DNA of 42,287 nt from a virus. Taxonomy: Duplodnaviria > Caudoviricetes. This document shows positions 17,465 to 27,217 of the stretch, one piece after another (within the stretch, counting starts at the first letter, position 1; every line of letters begins with the position of its first letter). A program made the translations under genes and the position numbers. A model generated the notes under the pieces. It did no database searches, was not told the origin of the DNA, and saw only the letters and a program-made list of their open reading frames with translations. Where the stretch lies: IMG/VR virus record IMGVR_UViG_3300037608_000246, positions 1 through 42,287 of that record. The stretch is one strand, 5' to 3'.

Positions 17465-18658
17465 CTAGTCGATTGGGATACTCAACATTTTCATAAGCCT
17501 GAACGCTTCCTCGTCTGTGAGTGCGGACTGCTTGATCATATCGCCGACTTCTTTCTGAGTGTGCCGAGGAGCATCAATTATTTGATCAGGGTATTCCGGA
17601 TCAACTTTCTTTTTTGTGGCGCCGATCATGTCCCACGCGCGGCTGAACATATCCTTGAACATCTTTGACTCGCCTTCCACAGCCTGCATGGCATTGTTCG
17701 GATTACTCGGATCCTTCGACCAGTTGAACTTTTCTCTGTCTAGGGCGAGGTTGCCCCAGGAGATCGATCGGCTGGCGGCGGCATTGGCCTGATCCGCTTG
17801 AAAAGCCTTGAGCCACTGTCCGTCTGCGACCTTGTCGCGGTCTTTCTGATAATTAAAGGTTGTCTGCCACTGCTGGTCGCTCACCACGGCGCGTTCTTTG
17901 GCGAAGTCAAACTGCTGGTTCCACTGCTGGTTGCCGGTGTCAAAAGACTTCTGCCACTGCTGGTCGCCTACAGCGTCACGGGACTGCTGGTACTGGGCGC
18001 CGTAGAGGCGGTCTGACTCGTCGATTAAGGCGGCGTTTTTCTGGGCGGTCGTGGTAGCGTTCATCTCGAGTTCTTTAAAGCTAGAAGATCTGTTGTTGTC
18101 TGCGATGGCCCTTTTCAGATTCTGTACGAGGTTGATCTCTTGCTGGTTGAGGGCGGTTTTCTGGGTATCGGCATTGGCGACGATCGCCCCTTGATCTGAA
18201 GCCACCCCTCCGCTGAAGGCGTTGCCCTTAGCCGCAGCAGTCTCGTTGGCCCTTTGCATGTTGCGCATCGCGCCGACATCGGCCTGATCCCTGAAGGGCT
18301 GGAATTGTGCGGGGGCGCCCGCAATCTGCTGGTTGTAGTCAGAGTTAGCCTGATCCCTTGCGGCCTGTATCGACGCGATCTGTGCGGCAGCCTGCGCGTT
18401 GAACATACTGCTGATCATACCGGAGTTGTCGACTGGTGTCGGTGTTTGTGTAACTAGGTTCTGTATTTTGTTGTATCCAGTGCCGTCGGCGTTGGTGCTA
18501 AAGCCCGCTGCGTTACGGATAGCCTCGGCCGCCGCTCTAGCGGCTTCCATGCCTGCTTTGTCCCCTGAAACGTTGGCCGTGGTCCAGGCATCGCCTAGAC
18601 TTTTGACCTTCTTTTGATCCTCCGCACTTAGTGTAAGATCGCCTACTTTAGTTGCCAT
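17465..18658 (-). CDS. Putative internal virion/ejection (DNA-pilot-like) protein, Q/A-rich with DQQWQ repeats
   Basis: 397 aa, helical composition; 18-bp repeat TCTGCCACTGCTGGTCGC at 17863-17880 and 17950-17967. Confidence 0.6.
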   Translation of the reverse strand: MATKVGDLTLSAEDQKKVKSLGDAWTTANVSGDKAGMEAARAAAEAIRNAAGFSTNADGTGYNKIQNLVTQTPTPVDNSGMISSMFNAQAAAQIASIQAARDQANSDYNQQIAGAPAQFQPFRDQADVGAMRNMQRANETAAAKGNAFSGGVASDQGAIVANADTQKTALNQQEINLVQNLKRAIADNNRSSSFKELEMNATTTAQKNAALIDESDRLYGAQYQQSRDAVGDQQWQKSFDTGNQQWNQQFDFAKERAVVSDQQWQTTFNYQKDRDKVADGQWLKAFQADQANAAASRSISWGNLALDREKFNWSKDPSNPNNAMQAVEGESKMFKDMFSRAWDMIGATKKKVDPEYPDQIIDAPRHTQKEVGDMIKQSALTDEEAFRLMKMLSIPID

Positions 18659-18676
18659 ATCATCACCTCTGGTCTA

Positions 18677-18708
18677 AGTATATGAAAGGGAAGCCTCTTT
18701 CACCGCAA
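18677..18708 (-). promoter_or_regulatory. Late promoter, TTGCGG-N20-TATACT
   Basis: TTGCGG (18703-18708), 20 bp, TATACT (18677-18682); same layout at 27161-27192 and 31792-31823. Confidence 0.65.
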
Positions 18709-18710
18709 TA

Positions 18711-18732
18711 GAAAAAAACCCCGCGAGGGGGT
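18711..18732 (-). terminator. Intrinsic terminator after the tail genes
   Basis: ACCCC-ctcgc-GGGGT followed by a T-run on the minus strand, directly after the 18733 stop. Confidence 0.7.
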
Positions 18733-19122
18733 CTATTTCTTAACTATTTCATCTTTTTCAGCAATAGTAAGTTTCATCTTGGCTGTCAAGGCTTCAACTT
18801 TAGCCGCGGCGACTTTCCCTTCTGTGAAGAGGGTGTCTACAGCTTTCTTGAGCTCCACTCCGTCGTTTACGATGTCGAGGGCAAGCTCTTCTTTGGCCTT
18901 TCTTTTGATCTCATCCTCCTGCGCTTCAAATTCAGGGCTGATGGAGACAACACCGTTTTTAATCCTGTGCTTGAAGGGTACAACCTCTCCCTCAAAGTCA
19001 AGGATCTCATAGCCGTCATCCGGATAGATTACACCCCCGCAAAGGAGCCCGTTGGGTTTCTGTGTAACTGTCGCCCCGTAAGCAATAACTCTTCCTGAAT
19101 CTTTATGTGCGATCACTTTCAT
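18733..19122 (-). CDS. Hypothetical protein, possible tail-fibre assembly/chaperone
   Basis: 129 aa directly downstream of the receptor-binding protein; called by position only. Confidence 0.5.
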   Translation of the reverse strand: MKVIAHKDSGRVIAYGATVTQKPNGLLCGGVIYPDDGYEILDFEGEVVPFKHRIKNGVVSISPEFEAQEDEIKRKAKEELALDIVNDGVELKKAVDTLFTEGKVAAAKVEALTAKMKLTIAEKDEIVKK

Positions 19123-19133
19123 ACTTTATCCCC

Positions 19134-21716
19134 CTATACACTTAATTGATTCTTGATCAGCAGTTTGTTTTCTCCAACGGCGTACCCGATAGGAGTTAAG
19201 ACATCTGGCTTCAGCTCGCCCGTGCTAGCGTCGTACCCGTAAGGCGTGCCCGGCGCGAGTTTTTGGGTGGTTTGCGCGATACCTTCGATGACGACGTTTC
19301 CGTCAGCCTGGATATATCCCACTGCTGTGCCGTTGTGGGACATAGGAGAAAAGATAGCAAATCCTGTTGCGAACTGTGCGATCTGCCAGATGCGCCCACG
19401 GAAGAAGAAGCTGTTCATGCACGTAAAACTGTTCGGGCTTGTCGAGAAAAACTGTACACCACCCATCGAAAACGGGTTTGGAGCGAGAATATCTGAAGTT
19501 GATATAGAACCAAGGTAGGCTTCCTGGATATGTGTGTTGCTCACCAGGTAGAACCTTTTGCCTACCCGGACCGGCGTGATTTGGGTCAACAGGTTGAATG
19601 TACCTGCAGTCTGTGTGGACTGGAAGAGCGCCGGGTTACTCGCCCCGGCCCGCGGCGAGACTTTAACGAGGACCGTGTACTGGTGAGCGCTACTGTCCCG
19701 ATTGTACGAGATATACCCGTTTGACGCTACGGGAATAAGACCTGATGTGACCCCACCGGTTGTCGCCCCTCCGGTGTTTGTCGCGAAAGTGAACTCATAA
19801 CCGTTCGAGGTCGGCCGCAGATAGTAGACGCCATTAACTGTAGAACTGCCCGTAAAATACTGAAAACCGAAGGTGAAGGAGTCGCCCAAAAAGCCGAGGT
19901 AGACCACGTCGTGGTAAGTAGCTTGTATACCGGTAGAGGGGAGCATAAAGTTTGACAGCTCTACCAGTTCCCCTGCGGCATCCACACTAAATACCATGCA
20001 GGCGGCTTTTGGGTCCCCAGTGACCATTAGTGCGGCGAAGGTGTTTTCTTTAAGTTTGAACAGTTTTATTGTCGTTATATTCGTTGACCATGATGCCTTG
20101 TTCCCGCTGGCGATAATGCTGATTTGATCCTCCTGCACAGACACGACGTTATAATAGAAACGGGTGCTGGCTCTGTGGGCTATCAGGAAGCGTGTGTCAT
20201 CTATTTGCACTATCTGGTGCTCCCCCGGCTGACTCGCGGCGCTCACCATCTGGAGTTTATGCACTTCGGTCCAAGTGTCTGTCGCCTCGTCATATTTCGA
20301 AAGGTACGCAAACACTTTGAATGGCGACGAGTTGTCACCATTTGTTGTTAGGAGGTATTCGCCAAATTGGGCGAAACTGATCCGCGGGAACCCGATAGAG
20401 AGTGACGCGAGACTTGCCGCTTCGGGGTGTTCGGAGATAAAACTTAGGCCCGGCCGGGAGAGGCCATTCGATTCACTCAATTTCATCTTTCTGAGTGTCA
20501 CATAAGCCGACCCTGGGGTAGCGTTATACCAATCATTGGTGCTTAGTGTTTTAAAGTACCGTGGGTTATCAGCGTTATCCGCGAATAGTCTCAATCGGGT
20601 AATTGTTGTCCCGCTTACCTCATACAGCCCTGTGGCACCATTGTTCGCGACTGTGAAACGGCTTTCTGACAAAGGTACTACGCCAAAAGCATATGTGCCT
20701 ACGCCGACAAAAGTAGACCCCTGCGTAATCGTTGTCCCATTCACCGTGCAAGCTCTCAGGTTTGTAATATTGCTGGTAGCCCTCACGGCTACCACAAAAG
20801 TGTCATCTTTTAGGCGCGCTACTTTCATCTGTTCGCCATTTGTAGAAGTGGATAGACGTCCTGGCCCTGAGACGGCGGTGCCCGCAGTGATGTCAAATCC
20901 GTTTATCTCAAACACCCTAAGTGTGGTACTCGTTGTTGAGTGCCCCACAATCACAGCCACCTTGTCAGGGCTGAGTAGGGACGAACTGACACTGCAAACT
21001 GCACTAGCTATCACGACGATAGCGGAGCCAAGTGACACCGAGGTGCCCGATACAGTGACCACACATGCCGTGCCGTAGCTGGCGTTCGCCGTATCTGTGT
21101 ACAGGAACAAATATCTGGAAGCATCCAGGGCGGTAAAATCAGTATTGTGGCATGCGGTGCCCCCAATAGAAGAAGCCGTTCCCGCCGTAGCCGTAAGGCC
21201 TGACACGGAGATCACCCGTATCTGCCCGCCAGAAGTACCTCTATTGTAGAAAGCAAGGGCTCGTGTTTCATCAATTCTGACGATGTTGATGGCCTGTGGC
21301 CTTGACCCGTCCGTGTATGCGGCCTCTGTCGCGAGCGAGATCGCGGCGCCTTTGATAATACTTCCGTCCGGTTTTATTTCGAACGCCTGCGCGATGGTGG
21401 CATATGCAGGCGCCGTTGTGCGCGTGGTGTAAATCGCGAGAAATTTCGTGTCTGTCAGCGCGGTGATTTGCACCATGTCGATGACCGTCGTATCAACCCC
21501 CGAATAAATCGGGAGTAAGATGTTTTTACTCGCCCAATCCTCGTACTTTTCCTCCGGGAGATTCGCGATCTTGCCGTTGGTTTTGAGCTGTACTACACGA
21601 TCACGAATTACCATGCCGTCTTCCGGGTACTGCATCTTGACTCCGCTTCCCGCGTTCTGTACAGCACCGTAGACAAGATCCAGTGTTTGCTTATCCGCAA
21701 TTCCTATTGATGGCAT
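19134..21716 (-). CDS. Putative receptor-binding/tail appendage protein with beta-propeller blade repeats
   Basis: 860 aa, S/T/G-rich; repeats ITALTDTKFLAIY, IVRIDETRALAFY, FTALDASRYLFLY, VARLKDDTFVVAV, IVQIDDTRFLIAH, LFKLKENTFAALM. Confidence 0.65.
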   Translation of the reverse strand: MPSIGIADKQTLDLVYGAVQNAGSGVKMQYPEDGMVIRDRVVQLKTNGKIANLPEEKYEDWASKNILLPIYSGVDTTVIDMVQITALTDTKFLAIYTTRTTAPAYATIAQAFEIKPDGSIIKGAAISLATEAAYTDGSRPQAINIVRIDETRALAFYNRGTSGGQIRVISVSGLTATAGTASSIGGTACHNTDFTALDASRYLFLYTDTANASYGTACVVTVSGTSVSLGSAIVVIASAVCSVSSSLLSPDKVAVIVGHSTTSTTLRVFEINGFDITAGTAVSGPGRLSTSTNGEQMKVARLKDDTFVVAVRATSNITNLRACTVNGTTITQGSTFVGVGTYAFGVVPLSESRFTVANNGATGLYEVSGTTITRLRLFADNADNPRYFKTLSTNDWYNATPGSAYVTLRKMKLSESNGLSRPGLSFISEHPEAASLASLSIGFPRISFAQFGEYLLTTNGDNSSPFKVFAYLSKYDEATDTWTEVHKLQMVSAASQPGEHQIVQIDDTRFLIAHRASTRFYYNVVSVQEDQISIIASGNKASWSTNITTIKLFKLKENTFAALMVTGDPKAACMVFSVDAAGELVELSNFMLPSTGIQATYHDVVYLGFLGDSFTFGFQYFTGSSTVNGVYYLRPTSNGYEFTFATNTGGATTGGVTSGLIPVASNGYISYNRDSSAHQYTVLVKVSPRAGASNPALFQSTQTAGTFNLLTQITPVRVGKRFYLVSNTHIQEAYLGSISTSDILAPNPFSMGGVQFFSTSPNSFTCMNSFFFRGRIWQIAQFATGFAIFSPMSHNGTAVGYIQADGNVVIEGIAQTTQKLAPGTPYGYDASTGELKPDVLTPIGYAVGENKLLIKNQLSV

Positions 21717-22348
21717 TAAATCGCCTCCTCGTAGTTGAATGTGAGAACGCCTTCAACCACACTGAAACCGTAGCGGTATGTCGTTCCCCCGTCTGAAAAG
21801 ATGTGCGGCAGTGACACAGTCAGATGAGACGCTACAGTGTCGTATTCAGCCACACCTCCGATCTGCTTTTTCATGGTTGCGGCCATCTTGATCTCGCCGA
21901 TGCTGTTGTCTGGGATCTCGCCAAGTACGGTCTGCATGACGGCCTGCGCGATGGCTTCGTCAACGTATCCCTTCGGGCTTGCCTGGAACGGCGTCTCCGG
22001 CGTCGGGACTATAGGGCTGGAGGCAAAGTCCTTCACACCTTCAATGCTTTGATCCGTGGTCGTCTTGACATTGCCGTAGACACTGGACTCCACAAGGATC
22101 TTCATGGACTCGAGAACCGCCTGCACATTGCCACCGGTGATACCTTCCACTGTAGCACCAATTTGTGAGGCGCCTGTAACGGCGAGAGTATCTATGAGGG
22201 CATTGAATGCGACCCGGAGTTCCTCCGGGGAAGCGTCAAACCACTCCTTGACCTGTTGCGCGGTTAGTCCGTCATTAGCATTTGGTTCATCCGGTAATGA
22301 GGCGATCAGCTTCCCGAAGGTTTCTATCTTTAGGGCTGTTAATGGCAT
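21716..22348 (-). CDS. Tail-associated protein (fibre anchor-like)
   Basis: 210 aa with fibre-type motifs (DQSIEGVKDF, ASPKGYVD); start/stop overlap with both neighbours. Confidence 0.55.
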   Translation of the reverse strand: MPLTALKIETFGKLIASLPDEPNANDGLTAQQVKEWFDASPEELRVAFNALIDTLAVTGASQIGATVEGITGGNVQAVLESMKILVESSVYGNVKTTTDQSIEGVKDFASSPIVPTPETPFQASPKGYVDEAIAQAVMQTVLGEIPDNSIGEIKMAATMKKQIGGVAEYDTVASHLTVSLPHIFSDGGTTYRYGFSVVEGVLTFNYEEAI

Positions 22349-24171
22349 TATCTCACCTCGCTTAAAGTTTGATATGTGATGTCAATGGAGGAGAAACCGA
22401 AGAACTCGTTCGCCCGTCCAGAACTGCTGAGTTTTACTTGGAAGCGCTGTATATTGCGGGCATCGTCGATTCTGACTTTAAACCCGCGCGGTGCTCTGCT
22501 CGTGAGGAATGTGAAGCTGGCGAAGTTGATATCCCCGAAGTCGAGCAGATCCATCTTCTCCACATGGACCACGCCGCTCGCGCCGTCCTCGGTGAAATAC
22601 CCGAGTCTCATCTCCGCGTGGCTCCACGGTTTCATGACGACGATCAGACTCTGCACCAGTTTGGTTTGGTGGTCTTTGTCAAAGGTCGTGAAGATACTCG
22701 TAAAGTGAGCGTTGATCGGCTCCCCGTTGTCGTTGTAGGGCAAAGGGTCTGCTTTCGTTTTCAGGCGGTATACCATACCCTCCGTGGCGGATCCGAAGAG
22801 CAGGTCGTTTTGTACAGCGTGCCAGACGTTGACCGGCAGATCTGTCCATGGGTACCACACGGGCTGATACCTACCTGTGGCTTCGTCCTGGGCGTAGCGA
22901 TTGTAGTCACACACCCATACATCCCCGTCGGCCAAAGCGAGATAATATTTGCCGTTGTGGTCGATTCCCCTGCCGATGCCAGAAGCCCGGATCGGCGTTA
23001 GTTTGGAGACGCACTCCACGTTCCGTTCGTCCCTGACGTTCGTGCCTTGGATCCGGAACACACCCTCGTCGGAGAGGAATAAAGGCGTGTTCTCGATCAT
23101 GACGATGGAGTCTGCGGTGTACGCCCCGTCGGTCGCTCCCAGAGGCACACTTGGAAAACGCATGACCGTCCGACCGTAGCCATCCTCTGTCAGCTCCCAG
23201 CTCCTCAGATAGATGGAGTTGCGCTTGAGCACCAGCATCCGGTCGTACTGGATGGCGTACCCGACCACGGGGTCGTTGTCGCCGCCAATGCGGTCGTAGT
23301 TGGTGTCAGGCCAGTAGGTCGGATTGTAGGCACCGCTCATAGGCAGGCCGGTCCACCAGTCGATGTGCGGGTAGTCCGGGTTGCCAGTCAGGAAGACCCT
23401 CGAATCACTTGGGCCGCCGTACACTGCCGCCGTGGTGCACTTGGTGATTCTGGTCGGGTCGGCGTAGGCGTTCTTGCGGATCTGGACCTCCATGTTGTTT
23501 GTCCCCGCGCCTGGATCTGCCACTAGAGTCAGGGAGCCGCTGGCGAGGTTGATGGTGTAGTCCGTCATGATCGTAAGCGTGGAGCCATTCACGACGACGT
23601 ACTCAAGAGCGTCTATTGGAGCCCCGTGTAGCTGGTAAACTTTAGTGCCTGCTACGGTGGAGAACATCTGCTTGAATCTCGGTTGGAGCAGGTTGATGTC
23701 CTCCACCCGGGTGCCGCCGCCGGGAGGCGGAGTACCAATCAGGAATGTGGGGATATGGGCTATGGACTCCGCCGTGACATAGGTCGTACCGTTATGAACG
23801 ATGAAGTTCGTTCCGTCCATGATGCACAGTTTCGTCGCCAGCATAAAGGAGAAGGACTTGTGGACGGCCATGCCTGAGTAGACCTCCACAGGGCCGCCTT
23901 CACTCGTTAGTGTGTAGAGCTTGGTTCCGTGGTGGATGATCATGACAGAGCCGTACTGGTGGATCCCCTGGATGGCCCCCTCCCCGAGAGAGGTCTCGAA
24001 GAGCGGCTCGTAGCCTGTACGCATTTCCGGCGTGCCTTCGTCGTCAAGGATGCAGTTGAGCATGTCAGGCGATCGGCGCACGTCTCTCGTACCGGTCACG
24101 TCCACACCCAGGAAATTCCGGATCGAGAGTGGGTTGTTCTGCCGCGGAAGACGCGTCACCGGTTTGATCAT
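22348..24171 (-). CDS. Podovirus tail nozzle / DNA-stabilisation protein (P22 gp10 / T7 gp12-like)
   Basis: 607-aa beta-rich protein, N-terminal NFLGVD...SPDMLN..RTGY; follows the adaptor gene. Confidence 0.65.
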   Translation of the reverse strand: MIKPVTRLPRQNNPLSIRNFLGVDVTGTRDVRRSPDMLNCILDDEGTPEMRTGYEPLFETSLGEGAIQGIHQYGSVMIIHHGTKLYTLTSEGGPVEVYSGMAVHKSFSFMLATKLCIMDGTNFIVHNGTTYVTAESIAHIPTFLIGTPPPGGGTRVEDINLLQPRFKQMFSTVAGTKVYQLHGAPIDALEYVVVNGSTLTIMTDYTINLASGSLTLVADPGAGTNNMEVQIRKNAYADPTRITKCTTAAVYGGPSDSRVFLTGNPDYPHIDWWTGLPMSGAYNPTYWPDTNYDRIGGDNDPVVGYAIQYDRMLVLKRNSIYLRSWELTEDGYGRTVMRFPSVPLGATDGAYTADSIVMIENTPLFLSDEGVFRIQGTNVRDERNVECVSKLTPIRASGIGRGIDHNGKYYLALADGDVWVCDYNRYAQDEATGRYQPVWYPWTDLPVNVWHAVQNDLLFGSATEGMVYRLKTKADPLPYNDNGEPINAHFTSIFTTFDKDHQTKLVQSLIVVMKPWSHAEMRLGYFTEDGASGVVHVEKMDLLDFGDINFASFTFLTSRAPRGFKVRIDDARNIQRFQVKLSSSGRANEFFGFSSIDITYQTLSEVR

Positions 24172-24755
24172 CCGTTATACCTCACTCTCTTGGGTAGGCG
24201 ATTAGCGGCGACGATGTTCTCGAAACTGTCATTAAACAGCCCAAGCCACACTTGAGCCCTCGCTGAATCGTACTCCGTTCCCTCCTCTGAGAGGAACTGA
24301 TAGTTGGCGTACTGGCAAAGGGTTCTTGGATCAATGTATCGCTCATCAATTGGTAGAGCAGCCGCTAAGTTTGTCACCGACAATTCCGCAGGGAGGTACT
24401 CATATGACACAACCACGCGTTCGTCGGATAAGCCTTCAACTTCGATGAACTCTATGTGGCTCACGTTGAAGGTGTATCTTACTCCACCCAGCATCACAGA
24501 CCGTATTCGAATGCAGTCATGCGTCAGATCCGTGATATTGAAGTTTCCGTTCTCATTAATTACTATCTCCTCTGAGAATAGAGGGCCAATCCGCTCCCTC
24601 GCGATTTTACGGATCGCGTAATTAATCCCAGAGAGAAACCGGGTCGCGTACTCAAGACCTTTGCCTGAATATTTTCCACTTGAGGCAATCATGGTCTTCG
24701 AATTATATGTGTTTCGGGCGCACTCGCCCAGTGCATCGCCAAGTGTCCAAGGCAT
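24168..24755 (-). CDS. Head-tail adaptor (podovirus gatekeeper-like)
   Basis: 195 aa, INYAIRKIARE helix, Y..LP..L....LPID motif; between the capsid region and the nozzle. Confidence 0.6.
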   Translation of the reverse strand: MPWTLGDALGECARNTYNSKTMIASSGKYSGKGLEYATRFLSGINYAIRKIARERIGPLFSEEIVINENGNFNITDLTHDCIRIRSVMLGGVRYTFNVSHIEFIEVEGLSDERVVVSYEYLPAELSVTNLAAALPIDERYIDPRTLCQYANYQFLSEEGTEYDSARAQVWLGLFNDSFENIVAANRLPKRVRYNG

Positions 24756-24760
24756 TTACA

Positions 24761-25102
24761 TCACTCCCCATACAGGTAGTTGTTGATCAGTGGCCGCCGG
24801 ATGTCTTTTGCCAGAGCCTCAGCAATGTTTGAGAGTCTTCGATCCTCGGCCTCATCGGCTTTTTCATTCTTAGTGTCAATGTATTCGAGGATTTCCCCCC
24901 TCTTATTTAGCCACAGGGTATGCCGATACTCGGCAATGTGATCCCGTGTAAACTCGCCGTACTTCACCTTGGCGAAGAGGCCCTCATTGTATGTGACCTG
25001 GTATTCCTCATTTCGATAATCGAAGGTGATTTCAAAATTCTCATCCAGCTCCTTCAGTTCGCGCCGAATCTGGTCGCATTTCGCTCCTTTTGAATCAAGC
25101 AT
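24761..25102 (-). CDS. Hypothetical protein in the head module
   Basis: Start moved to ATG 25102 because of the GAGGAGG RBS; no recognised motif. Confidence 0.6.
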   Translation of the reverse strand: MLDSKGAKCDQIRRELKELDENFEITFDYRNEEYQVTYNEGLFAKVKYGEFTRDHIAEYRHTLWLNKRGEILEYIDTKNEKADEAEDRRLSNIAEALAKDIRRPLINNYLYGE

Positions 25103-25120
25103 GAATGTCCTCCTCAAAGT

Positions 25121-25160
25121 GAAAAAGAGGGAAGGAGTCTTGAGGCTCCCTCCCTCTTTC
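25121..25160 (-). terminator. Terminator after the major capsid gene
   Basis: AAAGAGGGAAGGAG...CTCCCTCCCTCTTT stem; T-run on the minus strand. Confidence 0.75.
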
Positions 25161-25167
25161 GTTATTC

Positions 25168-26358
25168 TTATGCCTCGTTGATGTCGTCCAGTCTACCGAA
25201 GGCGTTACGAGCGAACATACCAAGCTCCATGTAGCAGTAGAGAATAGCTTCGTAGGCGTCAACTCCGGAGACTCTGGATAAGATTGCTCCGTCCATGTCC
25301 ATCCAGTCGTAGTCAGCGAGTTTGTACATCTTCAACATACTCTCGTCAAGACCAAAGACCTTGCCTATTGGCAGATGCTTGTCAACGATAATCGGAAGGT
25401 CGTTAAATGCGATGGTGGAGTAACCACCTTTTAGCTCTGCTTTATTGACGATCTGCTTCTTGGCATCGAGAATGGCTTGGTATGCACGTCTGATGCCGTA
25501 TGAAGTGTAGAGCGCGCTGACCGCACCATTACCAGCCTGCTCAACGTCGTCTATCAATTTCTGCAGAAGCGTATCGGAGATCGCCCTACCAGTTCCGCCG
25601 TTAGCGAGGATAGTCGCTTTGTGCCAAGGGTAAGATGAGACAGCGAGACCCTGAAGCGCGCCGTAGCCACCGCCTATGTCTGTGTTATCAACGATGCCGG
25701 AGAGTCCCATTACTTCAAGGTTTCTGGATCCTGAGATATAAACCGCGAAAGTGTTGTCAGTCGTGATGGCCGCCCCGCTGATAACAAAGCTTGTTGCATT
25801 CGTAATGGAGACGACGGTTCGGCCGACAGCACCCGTGGAGGTCGTACCATCTGTAGCTTTGAGTACGTCGATCGCCATGCCTGCTCTTAAAAAGGCGGTG
25901 GATACAACAGTGACAGTCGTAGATCCTGCAGTTGTGCCGCAAGTTGTGAGTCTGCCCGTACCATCTCCTGCAAGCATTCTGTTGACGGCCTGCTTGAGAT
26001 CTCGAGTGACACCCTTGATCTCGGAGTCGACGGCTCTGACGAAAGCACCTGCGTCATTTCTAGCGGCCTTTATGGACTGACCTGTAACTTGGATACGGCC
26101 ATACAGGTAACGCATGGGCACGATGGACTCTTTGTAGGCTTGTTGACCAGCTGCCATGAGTGTTGCACCTTCGGCTCTGGCGCCAATGCCCTCATTTCGG
26201 CCATAGTGCATCGGGATGGTGAAGTTCTTACCGACGACTGAGTCGAAGTCAGTATCGATACGTTTTACTAGTTCGTTTGCGTTATTTAGCTGTTCTCTGA
26301 TAGGGCCAAGGTAATCTACCTTGAGTACGCTGTCTAATGAACTAAGGGATGCTGGCAA
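25168..26358 (-). CDS. Major capsid protein
   Basis: 396 aa, TTG start, follows the scaffold; LKVDYLGPIREQLN, GDGTG and C-terminal ARNAFGRLDDI; followed by a terminator. Confidence 0.85.
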   Translation of the reverse strand: MPASLSSLDSVLKVDYLGPIREQLNNANELVKRIDTDFDSVVGKNFTIPMHYGRNEGIGARAEGATLMAAGQQAYKESIVPMRYLYGRIQVTGQSIKAARNDAGAFVRAVDSEIKGVTRDLKQAVNRMLAGDGTGRLTTCGTTAGSTTVTVVSTAFLRAGMAIDVLKATDGTTSTGAVGRTVVSITNATSFVISGAAITTDNTFAVYISGSRNLEVMGLSGIVDNTDIGGGYGALQGLAVSSYPWHKATILANGGTGRAISDTLLQKLIDDVEQAGNGAVSALYTSYGIRRAYQAILDAKKQIVNKAELKGGYSTIAFNDLPIIVDKHLPIGKVFGLDESMLKMYKLADYDWMDMDGAILSRVSGVDAYEAILYCYMELGMFARNAFGRLDDINEA

Positions 26359-26374
26359 GGGCTACACGTCCTTT

Positions 26375-27106
26375 CTATAGTCGGAGTTTTTCGATGGCCG
26401 CCTTTCGGGCGTCCTCGAAGGTCTTCGGTGGGGTCGCACTCGGTGCGGTAGCACCCCCACCTATTTCAATGGGTTTGCCGCCTGACTTTAGCGACTCCAA
26501 GTATGTTCTGATGTGTGGTTCAGGTTTTGTGAGATCCAATAGTTCTGGCAACTTTTCAGTGACGACGATGGCAAGACCTGTCCTCAGGTCTACGCCTGCG
26601 GACTCTGCAATCTCTTTGATTTTCTCCAGGTTATCAGAGACAAAATGTCCGATCTTAGGATCACTAGTAAGCTCTTTTTCTTCGGCAGTGAGGCGATCTC
26701 TGCGCTCCACTTCGGCCAGTTTTGCTTTTGCGTCCTGAGCTTCCCTTTCGACTATGATCTGCTCTGGTGTTTTGCCCGTCCTATCAGCCTCGGCCTCAAG
26801 GTCCTCACGTTCTTGCTGCTCCTGCAAATACTGCAGGTATTCCCCCGGCTCCATGCCTGATGCTTTTGCCTGACGCTCGATCACGCTTCGGTACGGTGCG
26901 TATTCCGCTTCCATTTTCTTGCGTTCGTGCCCCAGTCGTGCGGCGAAGGCTTTCGACGGGTCTTTCTCCTTTGCCTGCGGTTCAGACCCGGCTTCGGAGG
27001 GCTCTGTGCTTTCAACAGCTTGCTGGTCGGCGGCACCAGTGTCTTCAGCGCCCGTTTCTGCGGCGTCGGCAAAGAGTTGAAGGTTAAATCTGAATGGCTT
27101 TTTCAC
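26375..27106 (-). CDS. Capsid scaffolding protein with an N-terminal Prp-cleavage motif
   Basis: GTG at 27106 with GGGAGG RBS gives MKKPFRFNLQLFADA...; charged helical body; C-terminal PPKTFEDARKAA. Confidence 0.8.
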   Translation of the reverse strand: MKKPFRFNLQLFADAAETGAEDTGAADQQAVESTEPSEAGSEPQAKEKDPSKAFAARLGHERKKMEAEYAPYRSVIERQAKASGMEPGEYLQYLQEQQEREDLEAEADRTGKTPEQIIVEREAQDAKAKLAEVERRDRLTAEEKELTSDPKIGHFVSDNLEKIKEIAESAGVDLRTGLAIVVTEKLPELLDLTKPEPHIRTYLESLKSGGKPIEIGGGATAPSATPPKTFEDARKAAIEKLRL

Positions 27107-27160
27107 AGTATTTCCTCCCATGCGGCGTCCATGAGATCTTAACGCCCGTCTTTTGATTAG

Positions 27161-27201
27161 ATAATACAGCAGCATAAAAACGACGCCCGCAATGGGGCGT
27201 C
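27161..27201 (-). promoter_or_regulatory. Late promoter TTGCGG-N20-TATTAT overlapping the portal terminator hairpin
   Basis: TTGCGG (27187-27192), 20 bp, TATTAT (27161-27166); hairpin GACGCCC / GGGCGTC at 27182-27201 with a T-run. Confidence 0.65.
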
Positions 27202-27217
27202 TAATAAGGGGGAATTG

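Noticed and set aside
17465-24171. Diversity-generating retroelement or invertible tail-fibre cassette
   Set aside because: No reverse transcriptase, invertase or template/variable repeat pair seen; the only repeats are short coding repeats
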